A DNA stretch of 64,000 nucleotides from an uncultured Verrucomicrobiae bacterium (GTDB lineage: Bacteria > Verrucomicrobiota > Verrucomicrobiia > Chthoniobacterales > Terrimicrobiaceae). Both the position numbers and the translations under genes were made by a program. The notes beneath the pieces were generated by a model, which saw only the letters and a program-made list of their open reading frames with translations, had not been told where the DNA came from and made no database searches. Within the stretch, counting starts at the first letter, position 1. Each line of letters starts with the position of its first letter. This document shows positions 53,923-64,000 of this stretch, in pieces. The stretch spans positions 608,001 to 672,000 of the forward strand of contig CAVPOC010000003.1 of the NCBI GenBank assembly GCA_963706955.1. The letters are read 5' to 3'.

Positions 53923-54393
53923 CTACTTGGGGTGCCACTGAGTATAGGGATGCTCGCTCAAGTAGGAATTGAAGTAGCGCGGGTCGCCGGAGACTTCTTG
54001 ACCAATCCACGGGGGGATATCGATCGACTCATCTTCGCGCGAAAGTTCGATCTCTGCCAAGATAAGCCCCCGGTTGTCGCCGTGAAATTCGTCCACTTCC
54101 CAGCGCTTACCAGCAAATTTAATGACGTGGCGGGTCTTTTCGACCAATGGCCGAAGGCAAAGGTTCATCAGCTGCTGAGCGTCCGAGAGAGGAATAGGAT
54201 ATTCAAACTCCGGTCGGCTCGCACCCTGCACGATTCCTTTGATCGTGAGATACGCCGCCGAGCCGGCTAGCCGAATACGAACGATTCGCGCCACGTCTCG
54301 CGACAGATACCCCTGAATGTAGCTGGTCCCGGACGCGCCAGCGCGCCAGTCATTTCCCACCACCAGAAACTTGCGCTCAATTTCCGTACCCAC
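53923..54393 (-). CDS. CYTH-domain triphosphate tunnel metalloenzyme
   Basis: EIERKFL, QGYL, EFEY, WEVDEF and AEIEL motifs. Confidence 0.92.
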   Translation of the reverse strand: MGTEIERKFLVVGNDWRAGASGTSYIQGYLSRDVARIVRIRLAGSAAYLTIKGIVQGASRPEFEYPIPLSDAQQLMNLCLRPLVEKTRHVIKFAGKRWEVDEFHGDNRGLILAEIELSREDESIDIPPWIGQEVSGDPRYFNSYLSEHPYTQWHPK

Positions 54394-54506
54394 ACCGACA
54401 GCTTGCCCAAAATCTGCGGGAGAGGCAAACCTAAGCGTCGAACTCGTAGTGGACTACTGCCAGGAACTGAGACCCTGAAGCCAAGCCGCGCCTCCGAAGC
54501 AATTGC

Positions 54507-57500
54507 TTAGGAAGCGAGAGCGGGCTCCTCGTCCCGCAGCGAGACCGTTGGCTCGGATGTCTTTTTGCGGGTTCTCGCAATGACAACATAGATGGCGGGA
54601 ACGACGAAGAGCGTAAAGGCCGTTCCAATAATCATACCGGTCACCAGCACGGTTCCAATGCTGTTGCGGGCCGCTGCGCCAGGACCGTGCGCCAGGATCA
54701 GCGGAGTATGACCCGCCACGGTCGCCGCGGTGGTCATGAGAATTGGACGCAGCCGAGTCGCCGCTGCCTGGATCACCGCCCGAACCTTATCGAGCCCCTC
54801 CTCCTGCAGGTGGTTGGCAAACTCAACAATAAGAATGCCATTCTTGGAGACGAGGCCGACCAGCGTGATCAGACCCACCTGGCTATAGATGTTCACCGAA
54901 GTGAATCCCAGGAAGGCGAACATCAACGCCCCAGAAAGCGCCAGCGGCACCGACCCGAAAAGGATTATAAACGGGTCCCGGAAGCTCTCGAACTGCGCGG
55001 CGAGAACCAAGAAGATCAAAATAAAGGAGAGGACCATTGTCGTGACCAGCGCGTTCCCTTCCTTGCGCAGCTGACGTGATTCTCCGGCGTAGTCGATGAC
55101 ACTTCCTGGAGGCAGGATCTTCCTCGCCTCATCTTCAAGAACCTTCAGAGCCTGATCCTTCGAGACACCCGGCGAGATCGCGCCTTGGATCGTGGCGGAG
55201 TTGAGCTGCTGGAAACGCTTGAGCTCTCGCGGCTCCGTTGTGTTCTTCAAAGTCGCAAAGGTGGAAAGTTGAACCATCCGGCCATCCGGACCACTCACAT
55301 AAATGTCTTTGAGCTGATCGACGGTCAGTCGATCCGTGCGTTTGATCTGCGGGATCACCTTGTAACTGCGGCCCTGGTTGCTGAAGCGATTGACGTAATT
55401 TCCGCTCAGCATCGTGGAAAGGTCCGCCCCAACCTTTTGGAGGTTTAGTCCAAGCGCTGCGACCTTGTCGCGATCGAAGACGACCTCGGTTTGAGGTTGA
55501 TCATACTTTAGGTCGGTATCCGCAAACATGAAGACTCCGCTCTCGAAGGCCTTCGCGACAAGCTTGTTGGCCACTTCGAGAAGCTCCCGCGGCTCGGCAG
55601 TAGAGGCGATGACCAGCTCGATCGGGAAATTGCTACCACCAGGAAGAGGTGCAGGTGTGATCGGGATAACCTGCAAGCCGGCGATGGAGCCGGTCTTAGG
55701 AAACAATTCGGCGGCGATTTGTTCGGTCGTGCGTTCGCGTTCGTTCCAGGGCACCGTGACCAGACCTCCGAAACCGCCGGTAGGACTGCTGATCTGGAAT
55801 GTGTTCGACACCTCAGGCGCCGAGCGGAATGCCTTGTTGATCTCATCGGCAAAGAGCGTCACTTGGTCAAGGGTGGCGTTCGCGGGCGCCTTGACGATTC
55901 CAAAGATAAATCCCTGATCCTCATTCGGCGCCAATTCCGTTTTCGAAAACATGAGAAAGGGAGCCCAAAGCACTCCAATTACCGCACAAAACGCGATCAC
56001 TGCCCAGCGCTGCCCGATGGTCACACCGAGCACGCGCATGTAGAAATTTCTCAGCCGATCGAACTGCCGGTTGATCCACCCCGCAAAGCCCCTCTCGGCA
56101 TCTCCCTCACGCAGCAATTTGGAAGACATCATCGGGGAAAGGGTTAGCGCGACCACACCGGACACGATGACTGCGCCAGCCAGGGTGAAGGCGAACTCGC
56201 GAAAGAGCGCCCCCGTCAAGCCTCCCTGAATTCCGATCGGGGTGTAAACGGCCGCCAGCGTGATGGTCATGGCAATAATTGGACCGACCAATTCCCTGGC
56301 TCCCTTGAGGGCAGCTTCCAGCGGGTTCTCTCCCTCCTGCAGATGGCGCTCGACATTCTCGACCATTACGATGGCGTCATCGACAACAAGCCCGACCGCG
56401 AGAACGATCGCCAAGAGCGTGAGAAGATTGATGGTAAAGCCCGCCAGCATCATCAAGAAGACCGCGCCGATCAGCGAAATCGGAATCGCCACGACTGGAA
56501 TGATCACCGTGCGCAGCGACCCCATGAAGAGAAAGATCACAATGATGACGATGAGCAACGTCTCACTCAGGGTCTTTAAGACATCTTTGATCGCGCTTTC
56601 AATGTAGACCGTCGCATCGTAGGCAATCTTTGCTTGCATGCCCGCGGGCAGCCGGCTTTGAATTTCCGGCATCGCTTCGCGCACACTTCTGACTACATCC
56701 AGAGTGTTGGCATTCGGCAGTGGCCAGACCCCCATGAAGGTCGCCTTCTGACCACTGAATCGCACGTCGTCGTCGTAGGATTCGGCGCCGAGAACCACAT
56801 CGGCAATGTCGCCGAGGCGAACAATGGCGCCTTTGTCCTGACGGATTACCAGGGAACGAAATTCTTCAGCGGTCTTGAGATCGGTGTTAGCGACCAAATT
56901 AACCGCGATCATTGATCCCTTCGTCTTGCCAACAGCAGCGAGATAATTATTCGCCTGGAGGGCCGCCTGGACCTCGGCAGGCGTAAGGTTCAAAGAAGCC
57001 AGCTTGTCCGGCTTGAGCCAGATTCGCATGGCAAATACCCTGCCGCCGAGGATGTCGGCACGCTGGACTCCAGGAATCGACGAAAGCCGCGGCTGAACGA
57101 CTCGGGTGAGGAAGTCAGTGATTTGATTCTGATCGAGATCCTGGGAATAGAAGCTCAGGTACATCGCCGCGAATTCGGAATCCTTCGACTCCACTTCAAT
57201 GATCGGCGCCTCCGCCTCCGGGGGAAGATCGTTGCGCACCTGAGCCACTTTGGCCTGAATCTGCGTAAGAGCGGCGTTGGTATCGAAGTTCAAACGCAGA
57301 TGCACGGTGATCGTGCTGAGGCCCTGCGTGCTCGAAGAGTCCATGTAGTCAATGCCATCTGCGCTCGCGATAACACGCTCGAGCGGAGTGGTGATATATC
57401 CGCGGACCAGATCAGCGCTCGCCCCGATGTAAGCCGTCTCGATCGTCACCACGGCAATATCGCTGCGCGGATACTGGCGAACGTTGAGCGTGTTAATCGA

Positions 57501-57581
57501 AACCAGCCCTGCAATCAGTATCAGCAGGTTTACGACCATCGCGAGGACTGGCCGACGGATAAAGAGGTCGGTGATTTTCAT
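54507..57581 (-). CDS. RND efflux permease (MexI/MexW-like)
   Basis: FIRRPVLA, GLVVDDAIV, SKNGILIVEF and RLRPILMT motifs. Confidence 0.95.
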   Translation of the reverse strand: MKITDLFIRRPVLAMVVNLLILIAGLVSINTLNVRQYPRSDIAVVTIETAYIGASADLVRGYITTPLERVIASADGIDYMDSSSTQGLSTITVHLRLNFDTNAALTQIQAKVAQVRNDLPPEAEAPIIEVESKDSEFAAMYLSFYSQDLDQNQITDFLTRVVQPRLSSIPGVQRADILGGRVFAMRIWLKPDKLASLNLTPAEVQAALQANNYLAAVGKTKGSMIAVNLVANTDLKTAEEFRSLVIRQDKGAIVRLGDIADVVLGAESYDDDVRFSGQKATFMGVWPLPNANTLDVVRSVREAMPEIQSRLPAGMQAKIAYDATVYIESAIKDVLKTLSETLLIVIIVIFLFMGSLRTVIIPVVAIPISLIGAVFLMMLAGFTINLLTLLAIVLAVGLVVDDAIVMVENVERHLQEGENPLEAALKGARELVGPIIAMTITLAAVYTPIGIQGGLTGALFREFAFTLAGAVIVSGVVALTLSPMMSSKLLREGDAERGFAGWINRQFDRLRNFYMRVLGVTIGQRWAVIAFCAVIGVLWAPFLMFSKTELAPNEDQGFIFGIVKAPANATLDQVTLFADEINKAFRSAPEVSNTFQISSPTGGFGGLVTVPWNERERTTEQIAAELFPKTGSIAGLQVIPITPAPLPGGSNFPIELVIASTAEPRELLEVANKLVAKAFESGVFMFADTDLKYDQPQTEVVFDRDKVAALGLNLQKVGADLSTMLSGNYVNRFSNQGRSYKVIPQIKRTDRLTVDQLKDIYVSGPDGRMVQLSTFATLKNTTEPRELKRFQQLNSATIQGAISPGVSKDQALKVLEDEARKILPPGSVIDYAGESRQLRKEGNALVTTMVLSFILIFLVLAAQFESFRDPFIILFGSVPLALSGALMFAFLGFTSVNIYSQVGLITLVGLVSKNGILIVEFANHLQEEGLDKVRAVIQAAATRLRPILMTTAATVAGHTPLILAHGPGAAARNSIGTVLVTGMIIGTAFTLFVVPAIYVVIARTRKKTSEPTVSLRDEEPALAS

Positions 57582-57654
57582 CGGCTTCAGCTGTGGCGGC
57601 GCCGCGCGGCGCTCATCGCTGGCATTTTACAACAATGGAAACTCCCACACACGC

Positions 57655-58788
57655 TTAGGTGTCCTCCGGGGTCGGAGATTCGCTATTTTCGGGCAGGATG
57701 CTGTTGTTGACTTGGACATGAACCCCGGGGCGCAACTTAAACACTCCCGAAGTGACCACTTCTTCGCCGGGTTTAACGCCCGAGAGTACGGCGACACGAT
57801 CGCCGCGTGTTTCGCCGACCTTTACGACTTGCTGACGCACCCCGCGGTATGGTTTGCCGTCAGGACCCTTCATCTCCTCGATGATGTAAACCATGTCGCC
57901 ATAAGGCGCATACTGGATCGCCGTCGCCGGAAGCACCACGTGATTCGCGGTCGCCGAGAGCGGCACCTCAGTATTCACAAACATTCCCGGCCGCAACAAA
58001 GCCTTCGGGTTCGCCAAGGTCGCCTGCACCCGAACGTTACGCGTTGCCTCGTCAATCACAGCATCCACAGCATTAATTTTTCCCTCGAATTCAAGGTCGG
58101 GCAAGCCATCGGCACGAACACGAACCGACTGCCCCGCCGCGATCTGCCCAAAATTTTGCTGCGGTAGCCAAAAATTAACATAGATCGGATCAAGTGACTG
58201 CAGCGGTGCAACCTGCGCTCCACTTTGAAGATATTGGCCAAGGTTCACGGCACGAATGCCCAGCACTCCGCTGAATGGCGCGCGAATTGTTTTCTTGTTG
58301 ATGAGAGCCTTAACCTCCTCGACGCGTGCGACCGCTTGATCGAACTGCGCCTTGACGCTGTCGTAATCCGCCTGCGAACTCACGCGACCCTTTAGCAAGT
58401 TCTCCTGCCGGGCCAGATTCGCCTGGGCGAGCCGCATCTGGGCTTCTGCAGAACGGAGCTGCGCCAACTCCTGGCTCACCTCTAATTGAACCAACAGATC
58501 ACCTTCCTTCACCGTGTGTCCAGATTCGAAAGCGATCTTTTGCACGATTCCCGGCTCGTCTGTGCTTACGGTCACGCCTTGGACCGCCGCGGTGGACCCG
58601 ACCGCCCTTAAGGAAGGCACCCACTCCTCTTCCTTCGCAACGACCGAGGTTACCGACTCAGGCGGCGGAGTGAAATTCGCGTATTCCGCGATCGCCTTTC
58701 GCACCTGAAAGAACTTGATCCCGCCAAGGGCGAAAACAATGGCAACACCCGCGAGAAACGCCACTACGATGAGTCCTGCTTTCTTCAT
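57655..58788 (-). CDS. RND periplasmic adaptor (MexH/MexV-like)
   Basis: N-terminal TM, IRAPFSG and LRPGMF; ATG 58788 overlaps the MarR stop. Confidence 0.92.
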   Translation of the reverse strand: MKKAGLIVVAFLAGVAIVFALGGIKFFQVRKAIAEYANFTPPPESVTSVVAKEEEWVPSLRAVGSTAAVQGVTVSTDEPGIVQKIAFESGHTVKEGDLLVQLEVSQELAQLRSAEAQMRLAQANLARQENLLKGRVSSQADYDSVKAQFDQAVARVEEVKALINKKTIRAPFSGVLGIRAVNLGQYLQSGAQVAPLQSLDPIYVNFWLPQQNFGQIAAGQSVRVRADGLPDLEFEGKINAVDAVIDEATRNVRVQATLANPKALLRPGMFVNTEVPLSATANHVVLPATAIQYAPYGDMVYIIEEMKGPDGKPYRGVRQQVVKVGETRGDRVAVLSGVKPGEEVVTSGVFKLRPGVHVQVNNSILPENSESPTPEDT

Positions 58789-59308
58789 GAATTGAAATGG
58801 CCGCACCGCTCGGAGAAAGCCTTTTGAGTTTTTCGTAATAGCGCCACCAGCTGGCTCTGCTCCCGGGCGCTCAACGCCGAAAGTATGCCCTCCGTCCAGC
58901 GGACCAAAAGTGGCTGCACTTTGTGGAGAAGCGCACGCCCCTTCGAAGTGATCTTCACGCACGAAGCCCTCCGATCGCGAACATCATCAGTCCGCTCCAC
59001 GAAACCCGCCTTCTCGAGCGTATCCAATAAGCCGGTGATCGTGGCCCGGCTTACGCTAGCGTGTTCAGCAAGCTCTGAGGAACGCAGGCTACCATTCTCT
59101 GAATTGTCCAACAAAACCAGAACGATTAACCGCGCCTGATTAAGACCATGCCGCGCAAGAAAAGTCGCCTCCCCTTGAGAGACCACGTCCCCGTGTGCAG
59201 GATATTCAAAAAGAGCTGGCAAATCGAGGGATCCGCCCCCGGCACACGCGCAGTCGCCGCTTGCAGACACTCGTACCTCGGAACCTCCTTCAGTAGTAAA
59301 TAGGGCAC
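58785..59308 (-). CDS. MarR-family regulator (indels in the 5' part)
   Basis: SELA..SRATITGLLDTLEK.G..DRR winged helix; GTG start preceded by GGAGG. Confidence 0.9.
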
Positions 59309-59343
59309 CCTCCAAGCTGAATGCGACTTATTATTAAGTCAAC

Positions 59344-59367
59344 AAATAATCAGGCGCCTTATTATTT
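59344..59367. promoter_or_regulatory. Putative MarR operator palindrome
   Basis: AAATAATCAGGCGCCTTATTATTT (22/24 palindromic), next to TTGACT on the minus strand; a degenerate second site lies at ~59321-59335. Confidence 0.7.
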
Positions 59368-59406
59368 ATGAGGGTCGCTCCCGATGCGACGTTCCTCGCG
59401 GCGAAA

Positions 59407-62400
59407 CTAGGCGGCCGTAACAGGTTCTAGCGGCGCCTTGACCTTGGGAAGCATCGCCTTCTTCTTGGGGGTAGTGAGCCGTCGAATGACCACATAAAAC
59501 ACGGGCGTAAGGAACAGTCCGAAAAGCGTCACGCCGAGCATTCCGGAAAAGACCGCGGTCCCAAGCGCACGTCGCAGTTCATAGCCGGCACCGCTGGCCA
59601 GCGCCAGGGGAACCACGCCAAGGATGAAAGAGAAGGAGGTCATCAGGATTGGTCGCAAGCGAAGTCGGCTCGCATCGATCGCCGCCTCGAGCGGCGTCTT
59701 GCCGTCACGTTCTTCACTCAGCTTGGCATACTCCACAATAAGGATGGCGTTCTTGCTCGCCAGACCGATCAGAACGACAAATCCGATTTGCGTAAAAATG
59801 TTGTTGTCGCCGCCGGAGATGGAGATGCCGACCAAGGAGAATAAGACGCACAGCGGCACAATTAAGATAATTGCCAGTGGCAGACTCCAATTCTCATATA
59901 AGGCCGCCAGCACCAGAAAAACGAAGAGAACGCAGATAGGAAAAACATAGAGCGCGCTGTTGCCGGCTTTCAGCTCTTGGAGCGCAGTCTCCGTCCATTC
60001 GTACCCGTAGTTGCGCGGCAAAGTATCCCTGGCAAGTTGTTCCATGGCCTTGATGGTTTCCCCCGTGCTGTAGCCGGTCGCGGGATTGCCGTTGAGCTCC
60101 GCCGCGGGAAACAGGTTAAAACGCGGGACGCGCGATGGCGCATTGATTTGACGGAGCTCAACGAGGCTGCCTAAGGGCACCATCTCACCGTCGGCGTTGC
60201 GTGTTTGCAAACGAAGAATATCATCTGGGCGCGCCCGAAAATTGCCATCTGCCTGCGCGGTGACCTGGAACGGCTTTCCGAATAGGGTCAGGTCATTCAC
60301 GTAGATGGACCCCAGATAGAATTGAAGCGCTTCCGAGATCGCGGTCACGTCTACTCCCTTGCTCTTGGCCTGGATGCGATTGATGTCGGCAAAGATCTGC
60401 GGAGTACTCGCCCGGAAGAGCGTGAACATGCGGGCCAACTCTGGGCGGGAAGACGCCTTCGCGATCGGTCCCTGCAATGCCTTTTCCAGCGCGTCTGGAG
60501 TGCCGCCGCCGCGATCCTGGACCATCAGCTTTACTCCTCCGGTGGTACCCAATCCCCGCACTGAGGGAGCTGGAAAAGCCAGCACGCGCGCTTCGCGGAT
60601 CTCTGCAAACTTCGGCTGGATCGCCTCCTGGATGCCGCGAAGCGACTTCGCTGAGTCCTTTTTCCGTTCCTCAAAGGGCTCAAAGATGCAAATGACTGTT
60701 CCGCTATTCGAGGCGGTCGCTTGCGTGATAATCGAGCTTCCGATCCGATTGATCGTGTGAGCGACACCCGGAGTGGACTTCAGAATATCCTCGACCTGGT
60801 TCATCACCTGCTCGGTCCGTTCGAGCGACGCACCTTCGGGCAGCTCCACGTTGACAAACATAACGCCTTGGTCGGTCTCGGGGATAAAGCCGGTGGGAAC
60901 TTTTTGGAACATGTAACCCGTCAAGACCAAGAGCCCGCCGTAGACCACGAGAACGAGAAGGCTCCACCGAATGAGCTTTCTTAGGATGCGAATGTAAATA
61001 GCCTTGAATCCCTCGAAGGTGCGATTGAAGAGTCGGAAGAACCAGCCCAGCACGCCGTCGAGTGCTCGCCCGAGGAGGTCCTTTCGCTCCTTGGGCGACT
61101 GCAGAAACAAGGCGCACATGGCAGGACTTAACGTCAGGGAATTCACCATCGAGAGGATCGTCGAGAAGGCGATCGTTAAGGCGAACTGCCGGTAAAAAGA
61201 ACCTGTCAATCCCGGGATGAACGCCGTGGGGATGAAGACACAGGAGAGCACGGCCGTGATGGCGACGATCGGCCCTGCCACCTCGCTCATTGCCTTGATG
61301 GTGGCCTCTCGTCGCGCCAAGCCCTCGGCCATGTGATGCTCAACCGCCTCGACGACCACAATCGCATCGTCCACCACGATGCCGATAGCCAGCACCAGAC
61401 CAAGGAGCGTCAACAGGTTGAGAGAAAACCCAAAGGCCAGCATGACAGCAAAAGTTCCGATCAAGGAGACCGGCACGGCCATGATCGGAATCAGTGTCGA
61501 GCGCCAGCTTTGTAGAAAGACAAGAACCACGAAAACGACCAGGAGGAAGGCTTCGATGATCGTCTCCATTACCGAGAGGATGGCCTCTTTCACGAACATG
61601 GTGGTGTCGTAGATAATCCGGTAGTCGACACCCGGCGGGAACCGCTCCTTGAGCTTCTGCATCTCCGCTCGGACGCGCTTGGAAACTTCGAGCGCATTCG
61701 AGCCCGGTGCCTGAAAAATGCCGATATTGATGGCGGGGTTGCCGTCCAAACGGGAGATGACCGTGTAATCTTTGGCGCCGAGGTCGACCCGCGCGACATC
61801 CTTCAGGCGCACCACCTCGCCATTCTCTCCGGTCTTGACGACGATGTTTTCGAACTGTTCGACGTTCTCCAGCCGCCCCTGCGTGGTGACCGTCATTTGA
61901 TAATCAAGCCCAGAGGGAGCCGGTTGACCGCCGACGTTTCCCGCCGCGATCTGGACATTCTGCTCGCGCAGGGCGCGGACGATGTCCCCAGCTGTCATGC
62001 CCAAGGCGGCGATCTTTTCAGGATTCAACCAGATACGCATCGAGTAGTCCCGGGCCCCAAAGAACTGGATGTCGCCCACCCCTTTGATGCGAGCCAAGTA
62101 ATCGCTCACCTGCAAAAAGGCGTAGTTCGAAAGGTAGAGGTCGTTATAACGGCCATCCGGCGAGACCATGCTCACGGCCATGGTGAAGTCTGGCGAGCGC
62201 TTCCGAACGACCACGCCGTTGCTGCGGACGACCTCCGGCAGCTTGGACTCGGCAGCTTGAACTCGATTCTGCACCAGCACTTGGGCGGTGTCGGGATCGG
62301 TCCCTGGCTCGAAGGTCACCGTGATGGTCATTTGACCATCCGATGTCGAGGTGGACGCAATGTAGAGCATGTTGTCCACGCCGTTGATCTGTTGTTCGAT

Positions 62401-62601
62401 CGGAGCGGCGACAGTGCTCGCGACGGTTTCGGCGTTGGCCCCAGCATAGGTCGCCGTCACCGTGACGGTGGGTGGAACGATGTTTGGATACTGCGCCACC
62501 GGCAAGTTGAACAAAGCGATGACGCCGACGAACACCGTCACAATCGCAATGACCGATGCGAAGATCGGGCGATCGATGAAAAATCTGGGAATCCCGCCCA
62601 T
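59407..62601 (-). CDS. RND efflux permease (HAE1, MexF-like)
   Basis: FFIDRPIFA, GIVVDDAIVVVE, SKNAILIVE and RLRPILMTS motifs. Confidence 0.95.
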   Translation of the reverse strand: MGGIPRFFIDRPIFASVIAIVTVFVGVIALFNLPVAQYPNIVPPTVTVTATYAGANAETVASTVAAPIEQQINGVDNMLYIASTSTSDGQMTITVTFEPGTDPDTAQVLVQNRVQAAESKLPEVVRSNGVVVRKRSPDFTMAVSMVSPDGRYNDLYLSNYAFLQVSDYLARIKGVGDIQFFGARDYSMRIWLNPEKIAALGMTAGDIVRALREQNVQIAAGNVGGQPAPSGLDYQMTVTTQGRLENVEQFENIVVKTGENGEVVRLKDVARVDLGAKDYTVISRLDGNPAINIGIFQAPGSNALEVSKRVRAEMQKLKERFPPGVDYRIIYDTTMFVKEAILSVMETIIEAFLLVVFVVLVFLQSWRSTLIPIMAVPVSLIGTFAVMLAFGFSLNLLTLLGLVLAIGIVVDDAIVVVEAVEHHMAEGLARREATIKAMSEVAGPIVAITAVLSCVFIPTAFIPGLTGSFYRQFALTIAFSTILSMVNSLTLSPAMCALFLQSPKERKDLLGRALDGVLGWFFRLFNRTFEGFKAIYIRILRKLIRWSLLVLVVYGGLLVLTGYMFQKVPTGFIPETDQGVMFVNVELPEGASLERTEQVMNQVEDILKSTPGVAHTINRIGSSIITQATASNSGTVICIFEPFEERKKDSAKSLRGIQEAIQPKFAEIREARVLAFPAPSVRGLGTTGGVKLMVQDRGGGTPDALEKALQGPIAKASSRPELARMFTLFRASTPQIFADINRIQAKSKGVDVTAISEALQFYLGSIYVNDLTLFGKPFQVTAQADGNFRARPDDILRLQTRNADGEMVPLGSLVELRQINAPSRVPRFNLFPAAELNGNPATGYSTGETIKAMEQLARDTLPRNYGYEWTETALQELKAGNSALYVFPICVLFVFLVLAALYENWSLPLAIILIVPLCVLFSLVGISISGGDNNIFTQIGFVVLIGLASKNAILIVEYAKLSEERDGKTPLEAAIDASRLRLRPILMTSFSFILGVVPLALASGAGYELRRALGTAVFSGMLGVTLFGLFLTPVFYVVIRRLTTPKKKAMLPKVKAPLEPVTAA

Positions 62602-63776
62602 CAGGATTTTGTCGGCGAGGATTCGGGTGCCTCACTGCCGGTCACCGGGAGAGAAGCCTCCCCAGGAGCGACCTCCGGCTGAACTACCTGACCGGGACGG
62701 AGAAGCTGCAGTCCCTCAGTAATTACGCGATCCTCCGCCTGCAAGCCTTCCAGGACTGCGAGCTTGCCGTCGTAGATCTGTCCGATCGAAACTTTGCGGT
62801 ATTCGACTTTATTGTCGCCGTTGACCACATAGGTAAATCGCTGTCCCTGATCAACACCAACCGCACGCTCCGGCACGAGGAGAGTTTGACGCGGTTGATC
62901 GAGCGTCAAGCGCACGCGCGCAAACATGCCAATGCGCAAGCGCCGATCATCATTGGGGACAACCGCCCGCATCTTCAGTGTCCCCGTTCCGGCGTTGACC
63001 TCGTTATCCGAGAAATCCACCGTTCCCTCCCGTGGAAAACCCTCCTCGTTCAGCAGTCCGACAAATGCCCGCGCGCGCGCGGTAAGGCCGGAGCTGGCTT
63101 CCTCGCTCACCGCCTTGTCCCACCGCAGAACTACTCGCTCCGGCGCATCGAAATAAACGTAGACCGGATCTTGACTGACAATCGTCGTCAGGGTGTCTCC
63201 GTTGGCGACGAGGTTTCCCTCTGTTACGCTGGTGCGGCTGATCTTTCCGGAAATGGGAGCGCGGATCTCGGTGTATTCCAGATCCAGTTTCGTTTTCGAC
63301 AATCGCGCCTGCGCTGACCGCGTCCCCGCTTCGGCCGCCAGTGCCGCGGTTCCCTGTTTCTCAGTTTCCTGGGCCGCGATCACCTTTTGGGTGCTTAATT
63401 GTGACGAACGTTGGTAGTCGGAATGTGCCTGAGCGAGTTCAGCCTGCGACTGCTGTAGGGTAGCCTCCGCTGAAGCAAACTCCGCCTGATATTCCCGCGG
63501 ATCGATCGTGTAAAGCAGATCGCCCTCCTTGACGTCCGCGCCTTCCTGAAAGTGCACCTTGTTCAAATAACCGGTCACCCGTGCCTTCACGACAAGATGA
63601 TCGATCGCGGCGACCCGCCCCGGCAGTTCCTCATACTCCAAGACGGCTCGCTGCTCGGGTTCTGTCACCGTCACCTTGGGCGGTTTCGGTGAGGCCTGCT
63701 CGGCTGGTCGACCGCATCCCCCCAAAGCCAGCGCCAGCGCCGCGGCAAGAACGACTCTTGATCCCCACGCGTTCAT
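62601..63776 (-). CDS. RND periplasmic adaptor lipoprotein (MexE-like)
   Basis: Lipobox LGGC; ARVTGYL and IRAPISG motifs. Confidence 0.93.
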   Translation of the reverse strand: MNAWGSRVVLAAALALALGGCGRPAEQASPKPPKVTVTEPEQRAVLEYEELPGRVAAIDHLVVKARVTGYLNKVHFQEGADVKEGDLLYTIDPREYQAEFASAEATLQQSQAELAQAHSDYQRSSQLSTQKVIAAQETEKQGTAALAAEAGTRSAQARLSKTKLDLEYTEIRAPISGKISRTSVTEGNLVANGDTLTTIVSQDPVYVYFDAPERVVLRWDKAVSEEASSGLTARARAFVGLLNEEGFPREGTVDFSDNEVNAGTGTLKMRAVVPNDDRRLRIGMFARVRLTLDQPRQTLLVPERAVGVDQGQRFTYVVNGDNKVEYRKVSIGQIYDGKLAVLEGLQAEDRVITEGLQLLRPGQVVQPEVAPGEASLPVTGSEAPESSPTKS

Positions 63777-63788
63777 CGCTTAAAGAAT

Positions 63789-63804
63789 GTAAGTAACCAC
63801 TTAC
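63789..63804. promoter_or_regulatory. Putative TetR operator
   Basis: GTAAGT-AACC-ACTTAC perfect arms in the 50-bp divergent spacer. Confidence 0.7.
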
Positions 63805-63826
63805 CAGAGTAACGCGGGCAGACGAA

Positions 63827-64000
63827 ATGGCAACGGCCAATCGGAGAGGATCGATTTCGAGCCGGGAGCGAATCCTGGCGGCAGCCCGGGAGCTTTTTGC
63901 GGCCCGTGGGTTCAAGGGAACGACGACGGCCTCAATCGCGCGTCGGGCGCGATTGAATGAGGCGTTAATCTTTCGCCACTTTCCGGCGAAGAAGGATCTG
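63827..64000 (+). CDS. TetR/AcrR-family regulator, 5' part; runs off the window edge
   Basis: Manual translation: MATANRRGSISSRERILAAARELFAARGFKGTTTASIARRARLNEALIFRHFPAKKDL. Confidence 0.92.
   Translation, partial: MATANRRGSISSRERILAAARELFAARGFKGTTTASIARRARLNEALIFRHFPAKKDL

Noticed and set aside
53923..54393. CYTH protein as a third adenylate cyclase of the cAMP module
   Set aside because: Most short CYTH proteins are tri/polyphosphatases, and it is 24 kb from the module.

Overview
64 kb of GC-rich bacterial chromosome, probably soil Verrucomicrobiota (Spartobacteria/Chthoniobacterales-like). This placement is inferred from the A|FTLIELLVV pseudopilin and the style of the outer-membrane protein. 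Housekeeping genes (priA, ilvB, fbaA+fbaB, rplI-dnaB, maf, yqgF-truA, pntAB, proS-ackA-pta) flank an accessory block at about 15-38 kb containing redox/detox enzymes, two class III nucleotide cyclases, a CPA2 antiporter with a cNMP-binding domain, a partly duplicated alpha/beta-hydrolase and a ~1340-aa internally duplicated membrane protein of unknown function. The right end carries a beta-barrel gene with a sigma54-type promoter next to an orphan PotA-like ATPase, a ThDP 2-oxo-acid decarboxylase, and two tandem RND pumps with MarR/TetR operators but no outer-membrane factor. Intergenic DNA holds several REP-like hairpins, including a GTAG family with compensatory stem changes. About 20 genes, including proS, carry small indels that look like long-read sequencing errors, so reading frames were rebuilt by hand and are not called pseudogenes. 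No rRNA, tRNA, CRISPR array or transposase was found. All family assignments come from motif recognition, not database searches.
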